From a virus (taxonomy: Duplodnaviria > Caudoviricetes), in the IMG/VR virus record IMGVR_UViG_3300030372_000414, positions 1 through 36,443 of that record: a stretch of DNA of 36,443 nucleotides. One strand, 5' to 3'. The position numbers were made by a program, and so were the translations under genes. Of the stretch, positions 35,819-36,443 are shown piece by piece (position 1 is the stretch's first letter; every line of letters starts with the position of its first letter). The notes under the pieces were generated by a model that was not told where the DNA came from, made no database searches, and saw nothing but the letters and a program-made list of their open reading frames with translations.

Positions 35819-36443
35819 ATGGCTACTTCAACATATCCTGCCACTGGTGGGTTTGTAGACAACACTAGCGCAGCTACTTTCATCCCAGAAATCTGGTCTG
35901 ATGAAATTATAGCTTCGTATCAAAAAAACTTGGTTTTTGCTAACCTCGTTAAGAGGATGTCCATGGAAGGCAAGAAAGGTGATGTGCTTCACATTCCTAA
36001 GCCTACTCGTGGATCAGCAAACGCTAAAGCTGAAAACACTGCCGTTACGGTTCAAAACGCAACGGAAAGTGAAGTACAGGTAACAGTCAATCGACACTTC
36101 GAGTACTCTCGTTTGATCGAAGACATTACTGAAGTACAGGCTTTGGCTTCGTTGCGTCAGTTTTACACTGAAGATGCTGGGTACGCTTTGGCTACTCAGG
36201 TTGACTCAGATCTCTCAGCTTTAGGGCCGGGTCTGGGAACTTCAGGTACGACTAGCACGACTTACCTCAACAACGCAGGTACTTTCTTTGTAGACGCTTC
36301 AAACGGTCTTTCAACTTATACTGCTGACACGGTAGTTTCCGCTGACGTATTTACTGACGCTGGTTTCCGTGGCATCATTCAAAAGCTGGATGACCAAGAC
36401 GTGCCTATGGACAATCGCTTCTTTGTAGTCCCGCCTATTGTCC
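35819..36443 (+). CDS. Major capsid protein, N-terminal part (runs off the end into the overlap)
   Basis: ATG 35819 with AAGGGG SD; MATSTYPATGGFVDNTSAATFIPEIWSDEII...GKKGDVLHIP. Confidence 0.92.
   Translation, partial: MATSTYPATGGFVDNTSAATFIPEIWSDEIIASYQKNLVFANLVKRMSMEGKKGDVLHIPKPTRGSANAKAENTAVTVQNATESEVQVTVNRHFEYSRLIEDITEVQALASLRQFYTEDAGYALATQVDSDLSALGPGLGTSGTTSTTYLNNAGTFFVDASNGLSTYTADTVVSADVFTDAGFRGIIQKLDDQDVPMDNRFFVVPPIV
36054..36443. repeat. Terminal overlap, copy 2
   Basis: Matches 1-390 with one mismatch. Confidence 0.97.

Noticed and set aside
1-36443. tRNA genes, integrase/attP, alternative genetic code
   Set aside because: No cloverleaf or recombinase motifs seen; standard code gives dense intact ORFs using all three stops
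1-36443. Apparent abundance of CTAG and AGCT
   Set aside because: Plausibly a by-product of CTA/GCT/GTA codon preference; cannot be quantified without computation

Overview
The window is an apparently complete, circularly permuted genome (~36,053 bp) of a lytic podovirus-type dsDNA phage. Bases 1-390 recur at 36054-36443 with one synonymous mismatch, cutting the major capsid gene. It has two gene arms. The plus arm (29003 -> wrap -> 16580) carries terminase, M15 endolysin, portal, scaffold, capsid, holin, tail proteins, a tail fibre with S74 chaperone and probable ejection proteins. The minus arm (28431 -> 16577) carries small early genes, a GP88-like Cys-rich protein, SSB, T7-like primase-helicase and family A DNA polymerase, three nucleases, a DUF3310 protein and class Ia NrdA/NrdB. 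I found no RNA polymerase, integrase, tRNA or CRISPR. The layout resembles SIO1/VpV262/cobavirus-type (Zobellviridae-like) phages; this is inference. Most unusual are: (1) a ~66-68 bp periodic array of seven alternating-orientation sigma70 promoter-like motifs at 28543-28771, with perfect TTGACA -35 and 17-bp spacing but -10 hexamers that all lack the final T, echoing two near-identical intact late promoters; (2) a candidate dnaX-type -1 programmed frameshift (A AAA AAG at 9991) opening an otherwise start-less reading frame; (3) a cluster of six tiny, very basic proteins flanking the portal. All calls are from reading motifs by eye; no database searches were run.
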